Assembly (NCBI GenBank): GCA_963815115.1
Contig: CAWFFN010000007.1
Coordinates: forward strand, 384,001 to 448,000
DNA from: an uncultured delta proteobacterium
GTDB taxonomy: Bacteria; Desulfobacterota; Binatia; DP-6
Direction: 5' to 3'
DNA length: 64,000 nt
Shown here: positions 18,690-28,814 of the stretch, in pieces
How positions within the stretch are numbered: position 1 is the first letter of the stretch
Layout of the letters: every line of letters begins with the position of its first letter
Notes under the pieces: model-generated
The model's input: only the letters and a program-made list of their open reading frames with translations
The model's database searches: none
What the model was told of the DNA's origin: nothing
Made by a program: the position numbers and the translations under genes

Positions 18690-19112
18690 ATGGCCGAGAC
18701 CGTCCCGCTCGAACGTCCGCGGCTGCGCACCCTGATCGTCCGCGCGCTGCGGCTGCGCTGCCCGCGCTGCGGGACGGGACCCCTGTACGCCCGCCGCCTG
18801 TCGATGCTCGAGCGCTGCCCGGCGTGCGGGCTGCGCTACGAGCGCGAGCAGGGATACTTCGTCGGAGCCATCTACGTGAACTACGCCATCACCACCGTGG
18901 CCGTGCTGGGCGGGGTGCTGGGGCTCGACGAGCTCTTCGGCCTCTCGCTCACCGCGCAGCTCGCGATCGCGGTGCCGCTGGCGTTGTTGCTCCCGCTCCT
19001 GGTGCACCGCCATGCCAGGAGTCTCTGGCTCGCCATCGGCTACCTGGCCGGATCGCTCGACGAGCGGGCGGCGCGCGCCGCCAGGCGCGGGCGTCGCCTA
19101 CCGGGGGGCTGA
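18690..19112 (+). CDS. DUF983 family membrane protein
   Basis: RCPRCG.G.L..CPACG..YERE.GYF.GA motif plus two TM helices. Confidence 0.8.
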   Translation: MAETVPLERPRLRTLIVRALRLRCPRCGTGPLYARRLSMLERCPACGLRYEREQGYFVGAIYVNYAITTVAVLGGVLGLDELFGLSLTAQLAIAVPLALLLPLLVHRHARSLWLAIGYLAGSLDERAARAARRGRRLPGG

Positions 19113-19757
19113 GGCCTCGGGCGCGGGTTCGGCGCGCAGCGCGCGGGCGTCGGCCGTCAGCCGGCGCAGGTCGTCCTGATCGCTGCCGTGGTAGTAGCCG
19201 CGGATGCGCAGGGCGCGGTCCACCAGGACGAAGCGATCGCTGTGCGTGATCGGTGACGTGGGCGGGCCGTCGTCGGCGAAGGCGACGCGAAACCCGTCGC
19301 GCAGCAGCGCCGCCACGGCGTCACGCGAGCCGGTGAGGAAGAGCCAGTTCGGGCCGGCGCGGTAGCGCGCGGCATAGGCCGTCAGTACGGCGGGGTCGTC
19401 GTGTGACGGATCGACGCTGAGGGAGACCAGCCGGACCGCGTCGTCCCCGCCGGCGAGAGACTCCTGGAGCGCCGACATGCGGGTCGACAGCGCCGGACAG
19501 ACGTCCGGGCAGCGGGTGAAGACGAAGTCGGCGATCCACACCCGGCCGGCGAGGTCGGGCGCCGTGACGGTCGCCCCGCTGCGCTCGGTCAGGCTGAAGG
19601 GCGGAATTTGGCCAAGGACCGGCAGGGGCTCGGATCGGCTGCAGCCGAGGACCAGTCCGCCCGCCAGGAGCAGGGCGCGCGCGATGCGCGAGGGGTCAGT
19701 GCCCCACGGCTTCCGTGGTGTGCTCGATCGCAGTGGTGATGAGGCGGGTGATGGCAC
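19098..19757 (-). CDS. SCO family copper chaperone (start uncertain)
   Basis: FTRCPDVCP CxxxC, VDP..D, HSDRFVLVD; LVLGC lipobox-like; the only canonical in-frame start overlaps the upstream gene. Confidence 0.85.
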   Translation of the reverse strand: MPSPASSPLRSSTPRKPWGTDPSRIARALLLAGGLVLGCSRSEPLPVLGQIPPFSLTERSGATVTAPDLAGRVWIADFVFTRCPDVCPALSTRMSALQESLAGGDDAVRLVSLSVDPSHDDPAVLTAYAARYRAGPNWLFLTGSRDAVAALLRDGFRVAFADDGPPTSPITHSDRFVLVDRALRIRGYYHGSDQDDLRRLTADARALRAEPAPEASAPR

Positions 19758-20046
19758 CGAGATCTGGAAGCAGCATCAGTACGAGGAAGACGCACAGGAT
19801 CGCGGGCGTCAACGCGATGTAGGTGAGCTGCGGTTTCTCGTGGACGAGATGCATGTAGTAGAGGGCGACCAGAGAGGCCTTGCTGGAGGCCAGCAGGACG
19901 AGCGCCACGCCGATCACGAAGCGGCTCAGCGGCAGGAAGGTGGCGCCGATCTCGAGCGCCGTGAGCACGGCGAGCCAGACGAACACCTGGATGTAGCGGC
20001 GCTCCTCGTGGGCCATCTGCTCGGGCGTCGCGGTTGATGCGGTCAT
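19696..20046 (-). CDS. Cytochrome c oxidase subunit IV family protein
   Basis: Y..VF..L.VLT..E, KA.LVALYYMHL..E; three TM helices; GGAG SD. Confidence 0.85.
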   Translation of the reverse strand: MTASTATPEQMAHEERRYIQVFVWLAVLTALEIGATFLPLSRFVIGVALVLLASSKASLVALYYMHLVHEKPQLTYIALTPAILCVFLVLMLLPDLGAITRLITTAIEHTTEAVGH

Positions 20047-20072
20047 GACGTTCTCCCCTCCGGACGGCGAGC

Positions 20073-20678
20073 TCAGATCAGATAGATGAACGTGAACACG
20101 AGGATCCAGATGAGATCGACGAAATGCCAGTACAGGCCCGCGATCTCCACCGGCGAGCTGCGCTCGGGGGTGAAGCGCCCGGCCATGCCGAGGAGCAGGA
20201 TGATGGTGAGGTAGATCACGCCGCTGAAGACGTGCATGCCGTGGAAGCCGGTCAGGATGAAGAAGGTGGCGCCGAAGTTGTTGCGGCGGATCGACTGGCC
20301 GTGTTCGATGAGGTGGCTCCACTCGTAGGCCTGCAGGCTCAGGAAGAGGATGCCGCCGAGGACGGTGAGCGCCATGAACTTGCGGAACTTGGCGGCGTTG
20401 CCCTGCCGGATGCCGGCGAGTCCTTCCACCATCGTCACGCTGCTGCAGATGAGGAGGAAGGTCATGAGCGCGGTCAACGGGATGCCGAGGATGGTGGACG
20501 GACGGGGCCAGGCGGGATCGCCGTAGCGCAGGGCGCCGTAGCCGGCGAGGAGCGCTCCGAAGGTCATGGCGTCGGCAGCGAGGAATGTCCACATGCCGAG
20601 CTTGCCCCAGCTCTCCGGGGTGAGCGGGGACTCGGCGGGTTCGACGAGCGCGTGCTGGGTGGCGGCTGCGGTGCTCAC
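20073..20678 (-). CDS. ctaE: Heme-copper oxidase subunit III (copy 2)
   Basis: KLGMW.FL..D..TF, TGFHG.HV, GLYWHFVDLIW. Confidence 0.9.
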   Translation of the reverse strand: MSTAAATQHALVEPAESPLTPESWGKLGMWTFLAADAMTFGALLAGYGALRYGDPAWPRPSTILGIPLTALMTFLLICSSVTMVEGLAGIRQGNAAKFRKFMALTVLGGILFLSLQAYEWSHLIEHGQSIRRNNFGATFFILTGFHGMHVFSGVIYLTIILLLGMAGRFTPERSSPVEIAGLYWHFVDLIWILVFTFIYLI

Positions 20679-20680
20679 GT

Positions 20681-20977
20681 TCAGCTCTCCTCTGGTCCGT
20701 CGGCGGGCTGTGGCCGCCGCAGGATGATGACCTCGGCCCGACGGCGACCGCTGCGGCGGCGATGGGCGAGGAACAGCCACCCCGCCGCGAGCCCGAAGAC
20801 CGTGTAGGGCATGGCGATCAGGAACAGCACGCTCCAGTTGAAGGCGCGCGCCACCGGATCGTCGTGCGTGAAGGCGGTACCGCACATCGCGCAGCCCTGG
20901 GCGAGAACCTGGGGCGGTATCAGCAATGCGGCGGCGAGCAGCGCGACTCCGACCAGCAGGGTTCGTGATCCGGTCAT
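20681..20977 (-). CDS. Small membrane protein with signal peptide and CAMC motif
   Basis: Signal peptide ending VLA-QGCAMC, one further TM helix, basic tail; inside the cox operon. Confidence 0.7.
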   Translation of the reverse strand: MTGSRTLLVGVALLAAALLIPPQVLAQGCAMCGTAFTHDDPVARAFNWSVLFLIAMPYTVFGLAAGWLFLAHRRRSGRRRAEVIILRRPQPADGPEES

Positions 20978-20984
20978 GCGCACC

Positions 20985-21590
20985 TCAGTAGAGATACACG
21001 AGCGGGAAGAGGAAGCCCCACAGCCCGCAGACGAAGTACCAGTAGATGGTGCTCATCTCCAACCCGGCGTATCGGCGCGGGGAGAAGTACCCTCGCCCCG
21101 CCAGGACCGCGACGACGGAGAGCCACAGAACGGCCACGAGCACGTGCAGGGCGTGGCATCCGATGAGCACGTAGAAGGCCCCGCCGTAGTTGCTGCTGCC
21201 GGGCGTGAGCCCGTGATGGAGGAGTCGGATCCACTCCGCTCCCTGCACGGCGAGGAAGATGGCGCCGAGAGCGGCGGCCACGTGCACGCTGCGGCCCGCA
21301 CCCTCGCCGCGCCGCACCGCGCGCAGCGCACGCGTCAGCGGGATGAGGCTCGCGAAGAGCACCAGAGTGTTGAGGGCGGCGACGCCGGCGGGCAGACGTG
21401 GCAGATCGAGCGGCGGCCAGGTCGGGGCGGAGAGCCGGAACACCAGATACATGCCGATCAGCCCGGTGAAGAGCATCGTCTCGGCCGTGATGACGATGAC
21501 GATCGCCAGGCGGGTGTTGCTCACCGCGGGCTCGAGCGAGGCGGGAGGCGGCGCGAGCCGGCCGGGCATGGCGAGGCTTTCGGTCGTCAT
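20985..21590 (-). CDS. ctaE: Heme-copper oxidase subunit III (copy 1)
   Basis: E.MLF.GL, NT..L..S, Q..EW, G.HALHV, YWYFV..LW. Confidence 0.88.
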   Translation of the reverse strand: MTTESLAMPGRLAPPPASLEPAVSNTRLAIVIVITAETMLFTGLIGMYLVFRLSAPTWPPLDLPRLPAGVAALNTLVLFASLIPLTRALRAVRRGEGAGRSVHVAAALGAIFLAVQGAEWIRLLHHGLTPGSSNYGGAFYVLIGCHALHVLVAVLWLSVVAVLAGRGYFSPRRYAGLEMSTIYWYFVCGLWGFLFPLVYLY

Positions 21591-22495
21591 CGCGGGAACG
21601 AGAGCTTGTCCAGCGCCATCGTGGCAAGCAGCACGGGCAAGTAGACCAGGGACACGACGAGGAGCCGGCGCGCGTCCCCCAGCGAGCGGCTGCGGGCGAG
21701 CCCGATGGCGGCCCAGAGGAAGCCGAGGCCGAGCAGGAGCGCGATGGCGAAGTAGAGGCTCCCGGCCATGCCGAGCAGGGTCGGCAGCAGAGCGACCGGC
21801 AGCAGGGCGAGACAGTTGACGACGGCCTGGATGGCGGTGCTCGAGCCGTCGGTGTCGACGACGGCAAGGACGCGAATGCCGGCGCGCGCGTAGTCGTCGC
21901 GGTACATCCGGCCGATCGCGAGCGTGTGAGGTATCTGCCAGAGGTACATGATCGCGAACAGGACCCACGCCTCTGCCGAGACACCGCCGCGCGCCGCGGC
22001 CCAGCCGGCGACCGGCGGCAGCGCGCCGGGAACGGCGCCCACGAGCGAGCAGAGCGAGGTGCGCGACTTGAGCGGAGTGTAGGCGAGCAGGTACGTCGCG
22101 GCGATCGCGGCGGTGACGAGCGCGCACGCGCCTCCGGCCGCCATCTGGAGGTAGGCGAGGCCGCCGATGAGCAGCGCGAGCCCCACGACCAGCGCCTCGC
22201 CGGGCGCCAGGCGGCCATCGGGCAGCGGCCGGTGCCGGGTGCGCTCCATGCGGGCGTCGAGATCACGCTCCATGTATTGATTCAGCGCGAGCGTGCCGGC
22301 GGCGGCCAGGGCCGTACCGACCAGCGTGTGCACCAGCAGTCGAAGCGACGGGGCCGCATCGGCGCCGAGGTAGAAGCCCACGAGCGTCGTGACCAGCACC
22401 ATGGTCACCACCCGCGGCTTGGTGAGCGCGACGTAGTCCGCCAGCCGCTGGCGGATGGAGGTCGCGGGCCACTGAAGAGTCGAGGGTTCCGCCAT
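21587..22495 (-). CDS. cyoE: Protoheme IX farnesyltransferase (heme o synthase)
   Basis: LTKPR, NQ..E.D.D..M.RT..RPLP.G, YT.LK, WQ.PH, Y.DDY..AG. Confidence 0.95.
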   Translation of the reverse strand: MAEPSTLQWPATSIRQRLADYVALTKPRVVTMVLVTTLVGFYLGADAAPSLRLLVHTLVGTALAAAGTLALNQYMERDLDARMERTRHRPLPDGRLAPGEALVVGLALLIGGLAYLQMAAGGACALVTAAIAATYLLAYTPLKSRTSLCSLVGAVPGALPPVAGWAAARGGVSAEAWVLFAIMYLWQIPHTLAIGRMYRDDYARAGIRVLAVVDTDGSSTAIQAVVNCLALLPVALLPTLLGMAGSLYFAIALLLGLGFLWAAIGLARSRSLGDARRLLVVSLVYLPVLLATMALDKLSFPR

Positions 22496-22498
22496 GTG

Positions 22499-24263
22499 TC
22501 AGTGCGTCCCGGAGCCGGCGACCTGCGGCTCGAGCCGCCGCGCCTGGGGCAGGTAGTCCTCGCTGACGAGCGGCGACGAGTACTCGTAGGGCCCGCGATA
22601 GACGGTCGGGAGCTCGCCGGGGAAGTTGCCGTGCGGGGGCGGCGTCGGCGCCTCCCACTCGAGCGTGTTGGCATGCCACGGGTTCCGCGGCGCTCGCTGC
22701 CCGGCGACGAGACTCATGAAGAAGTTGAGGACGAAGACCAGCTGCGACGCGCCCAGGCAGAGCGCGCCGATCGTCATGATGACGTTCCAGTGCTGGAGGG
22801 GCTTCAGGAACTCGTACTGGGTCGGGTTGTAGATGCGCCGCATGTGGCCGCCGATCCCGATGATGTGCATCGGGAAGAAGGTCACGTTGAAGAAGATCAG
22901 GGTGAGCCAGAAGTGGATCTTGCCGAGCGTCTCGTTGAGCATGCGGCCGAACATCTTCGGGAACCAGTAGTACAGTCCCGCGAAGATGCCGAAGATGCTG
23001 CCGCCGAAGACCACGTAGTGGATGTGCCCGACGATGTAGTACGTGTCGTGGATGAACATGTCGACGGGCGTGGACGCCATGTAGATGCCGGAGAGCCCGC
23101 CGATCACGAACATCGACACGAACCCGAGGGCGAACAGCATCGGGGTCTTGAACTGGATGCGGCCGCCCCACAGCGTACCCAGCCAGTTGAAGGTCTTGAT
23201 GGCCGAGGGGACGCCGATGACCATCGTCGTCAGCATGAAGCTCATGCCGAGCATGGGGTTCATGCCGCTCTGGAACATGTGGTGACCCCACACGATCCAC
23301 GACAGGAAGGCGATGCCGATCATCGAGAACGCCATGGCGTGGTAGCCGAAGATCGGCTTGCGCGAGAACGTCGAGAGCACGTCGGAGGCGATGCCCATGG
23401 CGGGAAGGATCAGGACGTAGACCTCGGGATGACCGAAGAACCAGAACAGATGCTGCCAGAGCAGCGGCTCGCCGCCGCCCGGCGGCAGGAAGAAGTGGGT
23501 GCCGCCGAGGCGGTCGAAGAGGAGCATGCCGAGCGCTGCCGTGAGGACCGGCAGTGCGAGCAGGAGGAGGATCGCCGTGATGAAGAGCGCCCAGATCGTG
23601 AGCGGCAGCCGGAACCAGGTCATTCCGGGTGCCCGCATGTTGATGACCGTCGTGATGTAGTTGACCGAGCCCATGAGCGAGGACGCGCCGAGGATGATGA
23701 GGCTGATGCACCAGAGGTTCTGTCCCCACTCGACGCCGCTGTAGGCCGGGACCGCGCTGAGGGGTGGGTACGACGTCCAGCCCGCCGAGGCGGCCCCACC
23801 CGTGACCAGGAAGCTCAGCGAGCATCAGGATGCCGGCGGGCACGGCACTCCAGAAGGAGAGCGCGTTCAGGAGCGGGAAGGCCATGTCGCGCGCGCCGAT
23901 CATCAGGGGGATGAGGAAGTTGCCGAAGCATCCCACCAGGATCGGCATGACCGCGAAGAAGATCATGATGGTCGCGTGCATGGTGAAGAAGGCGTTGTAG
24001 GTCTCGGGCGGGATAATGCCGTCGTACATGGTGGGCTCGGGCACCCAGTGCATGCCCGGCACGGCGGTCTCCGGCCACGCCAGCTCCCAGCGAACCAGGA
24101 GCGCCAGGACGCCGCCGAGCACGAGCATGGCGAGCCCCATGCTGAGAAACTGCTTTCCGATCTGCTTGTGATCGGTCGAGAAGACGTAGGTGCGGAAGAA
24201 GCCGAGCTCGTGATGCCCGGCCTCGTGCGCCCGCGCCTCCGCGTGGACGATCGCTTCACTCAT
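22499..24263 (-). CDS. ctaD: Cytochrome c oxidase subunit I (A1 type), frameshifted near 23819
   Basis: STDHK.IG, TMHATIMIF, DMAFP in one frame; GWTSYPPL, FGHPEVY, WGHHMF, GHIHYV in the next frame. Confidence 0.92.
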
Positions 24264-24288
24264 CGACGGTCCTCCTGCTGCCGCGGGA

Positions 24289-24969
24289 TCATCCCTGGGG
24301 TGCCGCGCCCGCCGGGCCGACCTTGTGGTCGCGTGCCCAGGCGTCGTACGCCTCCGGCGTGTCGACGTACACCCAGCCGCGCATGCCCGAGTGACCGAAG
24401 CCGCACAGCTCGGCACACGGCACCTCGTACTTCCCGGGCTTGGTGGCCTTGAACCAGACCGGGATCGAGTGCCCGGGCACCGCGTCCTGCTTGAGACGGA
24501 AGTTCGGAACGAAGAAGCTGTGGATGACGTCCTTCGACTTGAGCCGGACGCGCACCACCTTGTCGACCGGGACGTGGAAGTCGTTGTCCATGTGCACGTC
24601 GTCCGGGGTGTCCAGCTTCCCGTCGGGGCCCGGGTAGGCGATCTCCCAGTTGAACTGCTTCGCCTCGACCTGGATCTCGAAGTCGCTCGGCGGCTGGGTC
24701 TCCTTGATCTCCGCCCATGTGGATCGGCTCACCAGCGCCAGCACTGCCAGGATCATCGCGGGGATCGCCGTCCAGACGATCTCGAGCGTGGTGTTGCCGT
24801 GCGTGTAGGTGGCCCGACGGCCGGGGCGGTCCCGGTAGCGGAAGAGGAAGAACAGCAGCGTGAGCTGCACCGCGAAAAACACCGCCGTCGTGAGGTAGTA
24901 GATGGCGTAGAAGAGAGCATCGATCTGCCCACCGTAGGTGGACACGTTCTCGGGCAACCAGCTCAGCAT
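24289..24969 (-). CDS. ctaC: Cytochrome c oxidase subunit II
   Basis: LEIVWTAIP, DVIHSF, CAELCGFGHSGM CuA ligands; GGAGG SD. Confidence 0.95.
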   Translation of the reverse strand: MLSWLPENVSTYGGQIDALFYAIYYLTTAVFFAVQLTLLFFLFRYRDRPGRRATYTHGNTTLEIVWTAIPAMILAVLALVSRSTWAEIKETQPPSDFEIQVEAKQFNWEIAYPGPDGKLDTPDDVHMDNDFHVPVDKVVRVRLKSKDVIHSFFVPNFRLKQDAVPGHSIPVWFKATKPGKYEVPCAELCGFGHSGMRGWVYVDTPEAYDAWARDHKVGPAGAAPQG

Positions 24970-25164
24970 CGGGCGGTCCCTACCTCCATTCGCCCGGACG
25001 AGGTGTGAACGGGCGCGTGTCCGGGGACGGCTGCGTGCGACTCGTGGTGGCCATCGTAGCGACTTCTCGTGAGAATTCCGCGGCTCTTACCGCGAAGGCC
25101 TTGCGGGTGCAAGCCGCGGCGCATCCGTTTGACACCTCGGAGGGTCGAGGGTACGGGATGCGCC

Positions 25165-25341
25165 ATGGAGGCGCTTCACCAGTTCCTCGGCATCGTCACC
25201 AAGGCGGACAACATTCCCATCGTCTTCATGCTCGTGCTGGTGCTGTTCTTCACCTGGGTCGGTCTCAAGCAGGCACTGCGCAACGACCACCTGATCGAGC
25301 AGGGACGCGCGGACGAGATCCTGAAGGAGATGCAGCGCTGA
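25165..25341 (+). CDS. 58-aa single-TM membrane protein (K.DNIPIV motif)
   Basis: MEALHQFLGIVTKADNIPIVFMLVLVLFFTWVGLKQALRNDHLIEQGRADEILKEMQR; upstream TTGACA(25129)-N17-TACGGG. Confidence 0.7.
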   Translation: MEALHQFLGIVTKADNIPIVFMLVLVLFFTWVGLKQALRNDHLIEQGRADEILKEMQR

Positions 25342-25391
25342 GCGCCGCCGCGTACTTGGTGAGCCGCGCGCGCGTCTGCTAGAGTCCTCGC

Positions 25392-25886
25392 ATGCCCTTC
25401 ACGATCGTTGCCGAGAACTGCACCGGCTGCACCGCCTGCGAGAAGCGGTGTCCCACGAAGGCGATCAGCGGTGACCCGAAGAAGGCCTACTACATCGAGG
25501 CGACGCTGTGCATCGACTGCGGTGCCTGCGGCGTCATCTGCCCCGACGAGGCCATCCTCGACACCTACGGCAACGTCACCAAGGTGCTCAAGCGCCAGGA
25601 ACGTCCGATCGCCGTCGTCCATCCGGACAACTGCAACGGCTGCGGCGTGTGCGTCGACGTCTGCCCCTTCGATTGCATCAGCCCTTCGCCGGACAACCTC
25701 GCCGCCTACCTCGGCCGCGTGGAGGTCAACGAGAAGACCTGCGTGGGCTGCAAGCTGTGCGAGGAGGTGTGCGGCTGGGAGGGCATCTACATCATGCCCG
25801 GCAAGACGAAGGAGGCGTTTCTGGTGTCGGTTGGGGGCGTGGCGGGGGCGGAGGAAGAGGCCGATACGCCCGACAGCGCGGCCTGA
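25392..25886 (+). CDS. Polyferredoxin with four [4Fe-4S] motifs
   Basis: Four CxxCxxCxxxC(P/G) motifs; TGcTAGAGT extended -10 6 nt upstream. Confidence 0.9.
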   Translation: MPFTIVAENCTGCTACEKRCPTKAISGDPKKAYYIEATLCIDCGACGVICPDEAILDTYGNVTKVLKRQERPIAVVHPDNCNGCGVCVDVCPFDCISPSPDNLAAYLGRVEVNEKTCVGCKLCEEVCGWEGIYIMPGKTKEAFLVSVGGVAGAEEEADTPDSAA

Positions 25887-25964
25887 GCCGCGCGAAAAAC
25901 ACCCCGGCTGCTTGAGGTAGAGTTGTTCGGGGGCCCGGGCGCGGCTTCGAGCGACCCCCGCCGG

Positions 25965-26840
25965 CTACCCGACGATCTTGTTCAGCGGGTACTCGATGAT
26001 GCCGACGGCACCCGCGTGCAGCAGGCGCGGAATCAGGTCGCGCACCATGGCCTCCGCGGCGACGCTCTCCACCGCGAACCAGTCGGTCCCGTAGAGGTTG
26101 GAGACGGTGGGGGAGGTGAGCGCCGGCAGGAGAGCGATCACGTCCTGCAGCCGCGCGGCCGGCACGTTCATCTTGAGGCCCACCTGCGCCTCCGCGCGCA
26201 GGGCGCCCGCGAGAAGCAGCCCGATCTGCTCGATCTTCGCGCGCTTCCAGCCGACCTCCCAGGCGTCGCGATTGGCGATGAGCTGGGGGACGGATTCGAA
26301 GAGGTCGCAGACGATGCGGAGCCCGTGGGCGCGGATGGTCGAGCCGGTTTCGGTGACCTCGACGATGGCGTCGACCAGGCCCTCGGCGACCTTCGCCTCC
26401 GTGGCGCCCCACGAGAACTCGATCTTGACGTCGATCCCGCGCTCCTCGAACCAGCGCCGGGTGTATTCCACCAGCTCCGTGGCGACGCGGGCACCGCGCA
26501 GGTCCTCGGGCTTCTGCACGGGCGAGTCGCGCGCCACCACCAGGACCCAGCGGGTCGGCCGCAGGCTCGTCTTCGAGTAGACCAGCTCCTGCGCCACGAC
26601 CACCTGCGCGTCGTACTCGAGCACCCAGTCGCGCCCGGTGATCCCGGCATCGAGCGCGCCGCTCTCGACGTAGCGTGCCATCTCCTGTGCCCGCACCAGC
26701 AGGCAGCGCAGCGCCGCGTCGTCCACCCGGGGAAAGTAGCTCCGCTCGCCGGTCGTGATCTTCCAGCCCGAGCGGCGGAAGAGCTCGATGGTGGCCGCCT
26801 CGAGGCTGCCCTTCGGGATGCCGAGCTGCAGGACGTTCAT
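25965..26840 (-). CDS. hisG: ATP phosphoribosyltransferase (long form)
   Basis: PKGSL, D.GITG.DW, SWGATE, ETGST..A.GL, C-terminal regulatory domain. Confidence 0.95.
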   Translation of the reverse strand: MNVLQLGIPKGSLEAATIELFRRSGWKITTGERSYFPRVDDAALRCLLVRAQEMARYVESGALDAGITGRDWVLEYDAQVVVAQELVYSKTSLRPTRWVLVVARDSPVQKPEDLRGARVATELVEYTRRWFEERGIDVKIEFSWGATEAKVAEGLVDAIVEVTETGSTIRAHGLRIVCDLFESVPQLIANRDAWEVGWKRAKIEQIGLLLAGALRAEAQVGLKMNVPAARLQDVIALLPALTSPTVSNLYGTDWFAVESVAAEAMVRDLIPRLLHAGAVGIIEYPLNKIVG

Positions 26841-26973
26841 GCCGGTACGCCGGGCGTCTCGCTGCTCCCGCCCCGCATGGGCGCGCTCCTACCATGCGCC
26901 TCCGTCCAAGGCGAGGGTGTCCGCGATCCGGTCAGGTTGGACCGTCGGGGACGCGTCGGCTAGAGGAGGGCGC

Positions 26974-28002
26974 ATGAAGCTCGGGGAGCTCGCGCGCGCG
27001 CTCGGGGCGACGCTCGAGGGCGGCGAGGAGGACGTCGAGATCACCGGGGTGGCGGGGCTCGAGGAGGCGACGCCCGGCCTGATCACGTTTCTCGCCGACC
27101 GCCGCCACGAAGCGCTCGTCCGGACCACCACTGCCTCGGCGATTCTCCTCGCCCCGGATGCCCCGCGCCCGTCGATCCCGGTGCTGCGGGTGGCGAACCC
27201 CTACGCCGCCTTCGCGCATGCGCTCGAGCTGTTCCATCCGCCGCGCCGGCCCGCTGCGGGGATCCATCCGAGCGCCGTCATCGCCGCCACCGCCGTCCTC
27301 GGACCGGGCGCGTCCGTCGGCGCGCACGCCGTCGTCGGGGACGGCGTGCGCATCGGTCGCGCGGCGGTCCTCCATCCCAACGTCACGATCTACCCGGATG
27401 CGAGGATCGGCGACGACTTCGTCGCTCACGCCGGGGTCGTCGTGCGCGAGGAGGTCGTGATCGGCGATCGGGTCACGCTCCACGCGGGAGCGGTGATCGG
27501 CAGCGACGGGTTCGGCTTCGTGCCGCAGCCGGGGGCGCATCGCAAGATTCCGCAGGTGGGAACGGTCGTCCTCGAGGACGACGTCGAGGTCGGCGCCAAT
27601 GCGACGATCGACCGCGCCACGCTCGGCGCGACGCATATCGGGCACGGGACCAAGATCGACAACCTGGTGATGATCGGCCACGGCAGCCAGGTCGGGCCGA
27701 ACTGCCTGCTGGCCGGTCAGGTCGGTCTCGCCGGGAGCACGCGCCTCGGGGCGCACGTCATGATGGGCGGGCAGGCGGGCGCCAGCGGCCATCTGCGCAT
27801 CGGGGACGGCGTGCAGATCGCGGCGCAGACGGGCATCCATCGCGACATCCCCGCGGGCGCGGTCTATGGCGGATATCCGGCCATGGAGGTGCGCCGCTGG
27901 CGCCGCGTGACCATGAGCATCCCGAGACTCCCCGAGCTGTTCCGGCGGCTCCGACGGGTCGAGAAGGCCGTCGGGCTCGCGCCCGACGACGACGAGACCT
28001 GA
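26974..28002 (+). CDS. lpxD: UDP-3-O-acyl-glucosamine N-acyltransferase
   Basis: Hexapeptide repeats, [24 protein letters not shown]. Confidence 0.95.
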   Translation: MKLGELARALGATLEGGEEDVEITGVAGLEEATPGLITFLADRRHEALVRTTTASAILLAPDAPRPSIPVLRVANPYAAFAHALELFHPPRRPAAGIHPSAVIAATAVLGPGASVGAHAVVGDGVRIGRAAVLHPNVTIYPDARIGDDFVAHAGVVVREEVVIGDRVTLHAGAVIGSDGFGFVPQPGAHRKIPQVGTVVLEDDVEVGANATIDRATLGATHIGHGTKIDNLVMIGHGSQVGPNCLLAGQVGLAGSTRLGAHVMMGGQAGASGHLRIGDGVQIAAQTGIHRDIPAGAVYGGYPAMEVRRWRRVTMSIPRLPELFRRLRRVEKAVGLAPDDDET

Positions 28003-28010
28003 TGACCCCT

Positions 28011-28039
28011 TTCACGCGGCCCGGGCGAGCCGCTATACT
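28011..28039 (+). promoter_or_regulatory. Putative promoter of the yceD-rpmF-fab operon
   Basis: TTCACG-N17-TATACT. Confidence 0.6.
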
Positions 28040-28069
28040 CCGGGCCTTCGCCGCGCGCAGCTGACCGCG

Positions 28070-28600
28070 ATGAAGATCGCGCTGGACCAGATACGGGAGA
28101 CGCCCAGGGCGCTCTCCTACGCCGAGAACGTCGACGTGCTGAACCACGAGCTCGCTCGCGGGGCGGGAGACTTCCGTCTCGCCGACGACCTGCTGGTCGA
28201 CGTCTCCTATCACCGCGCTGGCCTCGACGTCTTCCTGGAGGGGGCGGTCCGGGGTGCGGTGAAGGGATGCTGCGCGCGGTGTCTCGAGGAGTATCGCTTC
28301 GCGCTCGAAGCCCCGCTCGCGATCGTCCTCACGCCGAAGGCGGCGGCGACACCCCGCTCGGGGGTGCTGCGCGAGGAGGACATCGGGCTCTCCACCTACG
28401 AAGGCGACCAGATCGATCTCACACCGCTCGTCCACGAGCGGGCCATTCTCGCGCTGCCGACGCGGCCGCTGTGCGCGGAGGAATGCCGCGGGCTGTGCTC
28501 GCGGTGTGGCGCGAACTTGAACGCCGGCCCCTGTGGCTGTCCCGCCAGCATGACGGAGCCACGCCTCGCGGCGCTCCAGACGCTGTTGCGCGGGCGCTGA
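28070..28600 (+). CDS. yceD: YceD/DUF177 23S rRNA accumulation protein
   Basis: CARCL, LC.E.C.GLC..CG.NLN...C.C; directly upstream of rpmF. Confidence 0.9.
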   Translation: MKIALDQIRETPRALSYAENVDVLNHELARGAGDFRLADDLLVDVSYHRAGLDVFLEGAVRGAVKGCCARCLEEYRFALEAPLAIVLTPKAAATPRSGVLREEDIGLSTYEGDQIDLTPLVHERAILALPTRPLCAEECRGLCSRCGANLNAGPCGCPASMTEPRLAALQTLLRGR

Positions 28601-28631
28601 GCGGATACCCGGCAGCAGAGGAGGAACAGGC

Positions 28632-28814
28632 ATGGCAGTACCGAAGCGCCGCACGTCCGCATCCAAGCGAGACAAGCGGCGGTCTCACGACGCGCTCCGC
28701 GCGCCCCACGTGATCGCTTGTCCCCAGTGCGGTGAGCGGACGCTGCTGCACCGCGCTTGCCCGCACTGCGGCACCTACCGCGGACGCCAGGTGGTCGCGG
28801 TCGAGGAAGGCTGA
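28632..28814 (+). CDS. rpmF: 50S ribosomal protein L32
   Basis: [16 protein letters not shown], CxxC..HR.CxxCG.Y. Confidence 0.97.
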   Translation: MAVPKRRTSASKRDKRRSHDALRAPHVIACPQCGERTLLHRACPHCGTYRGRQVVAVEEG

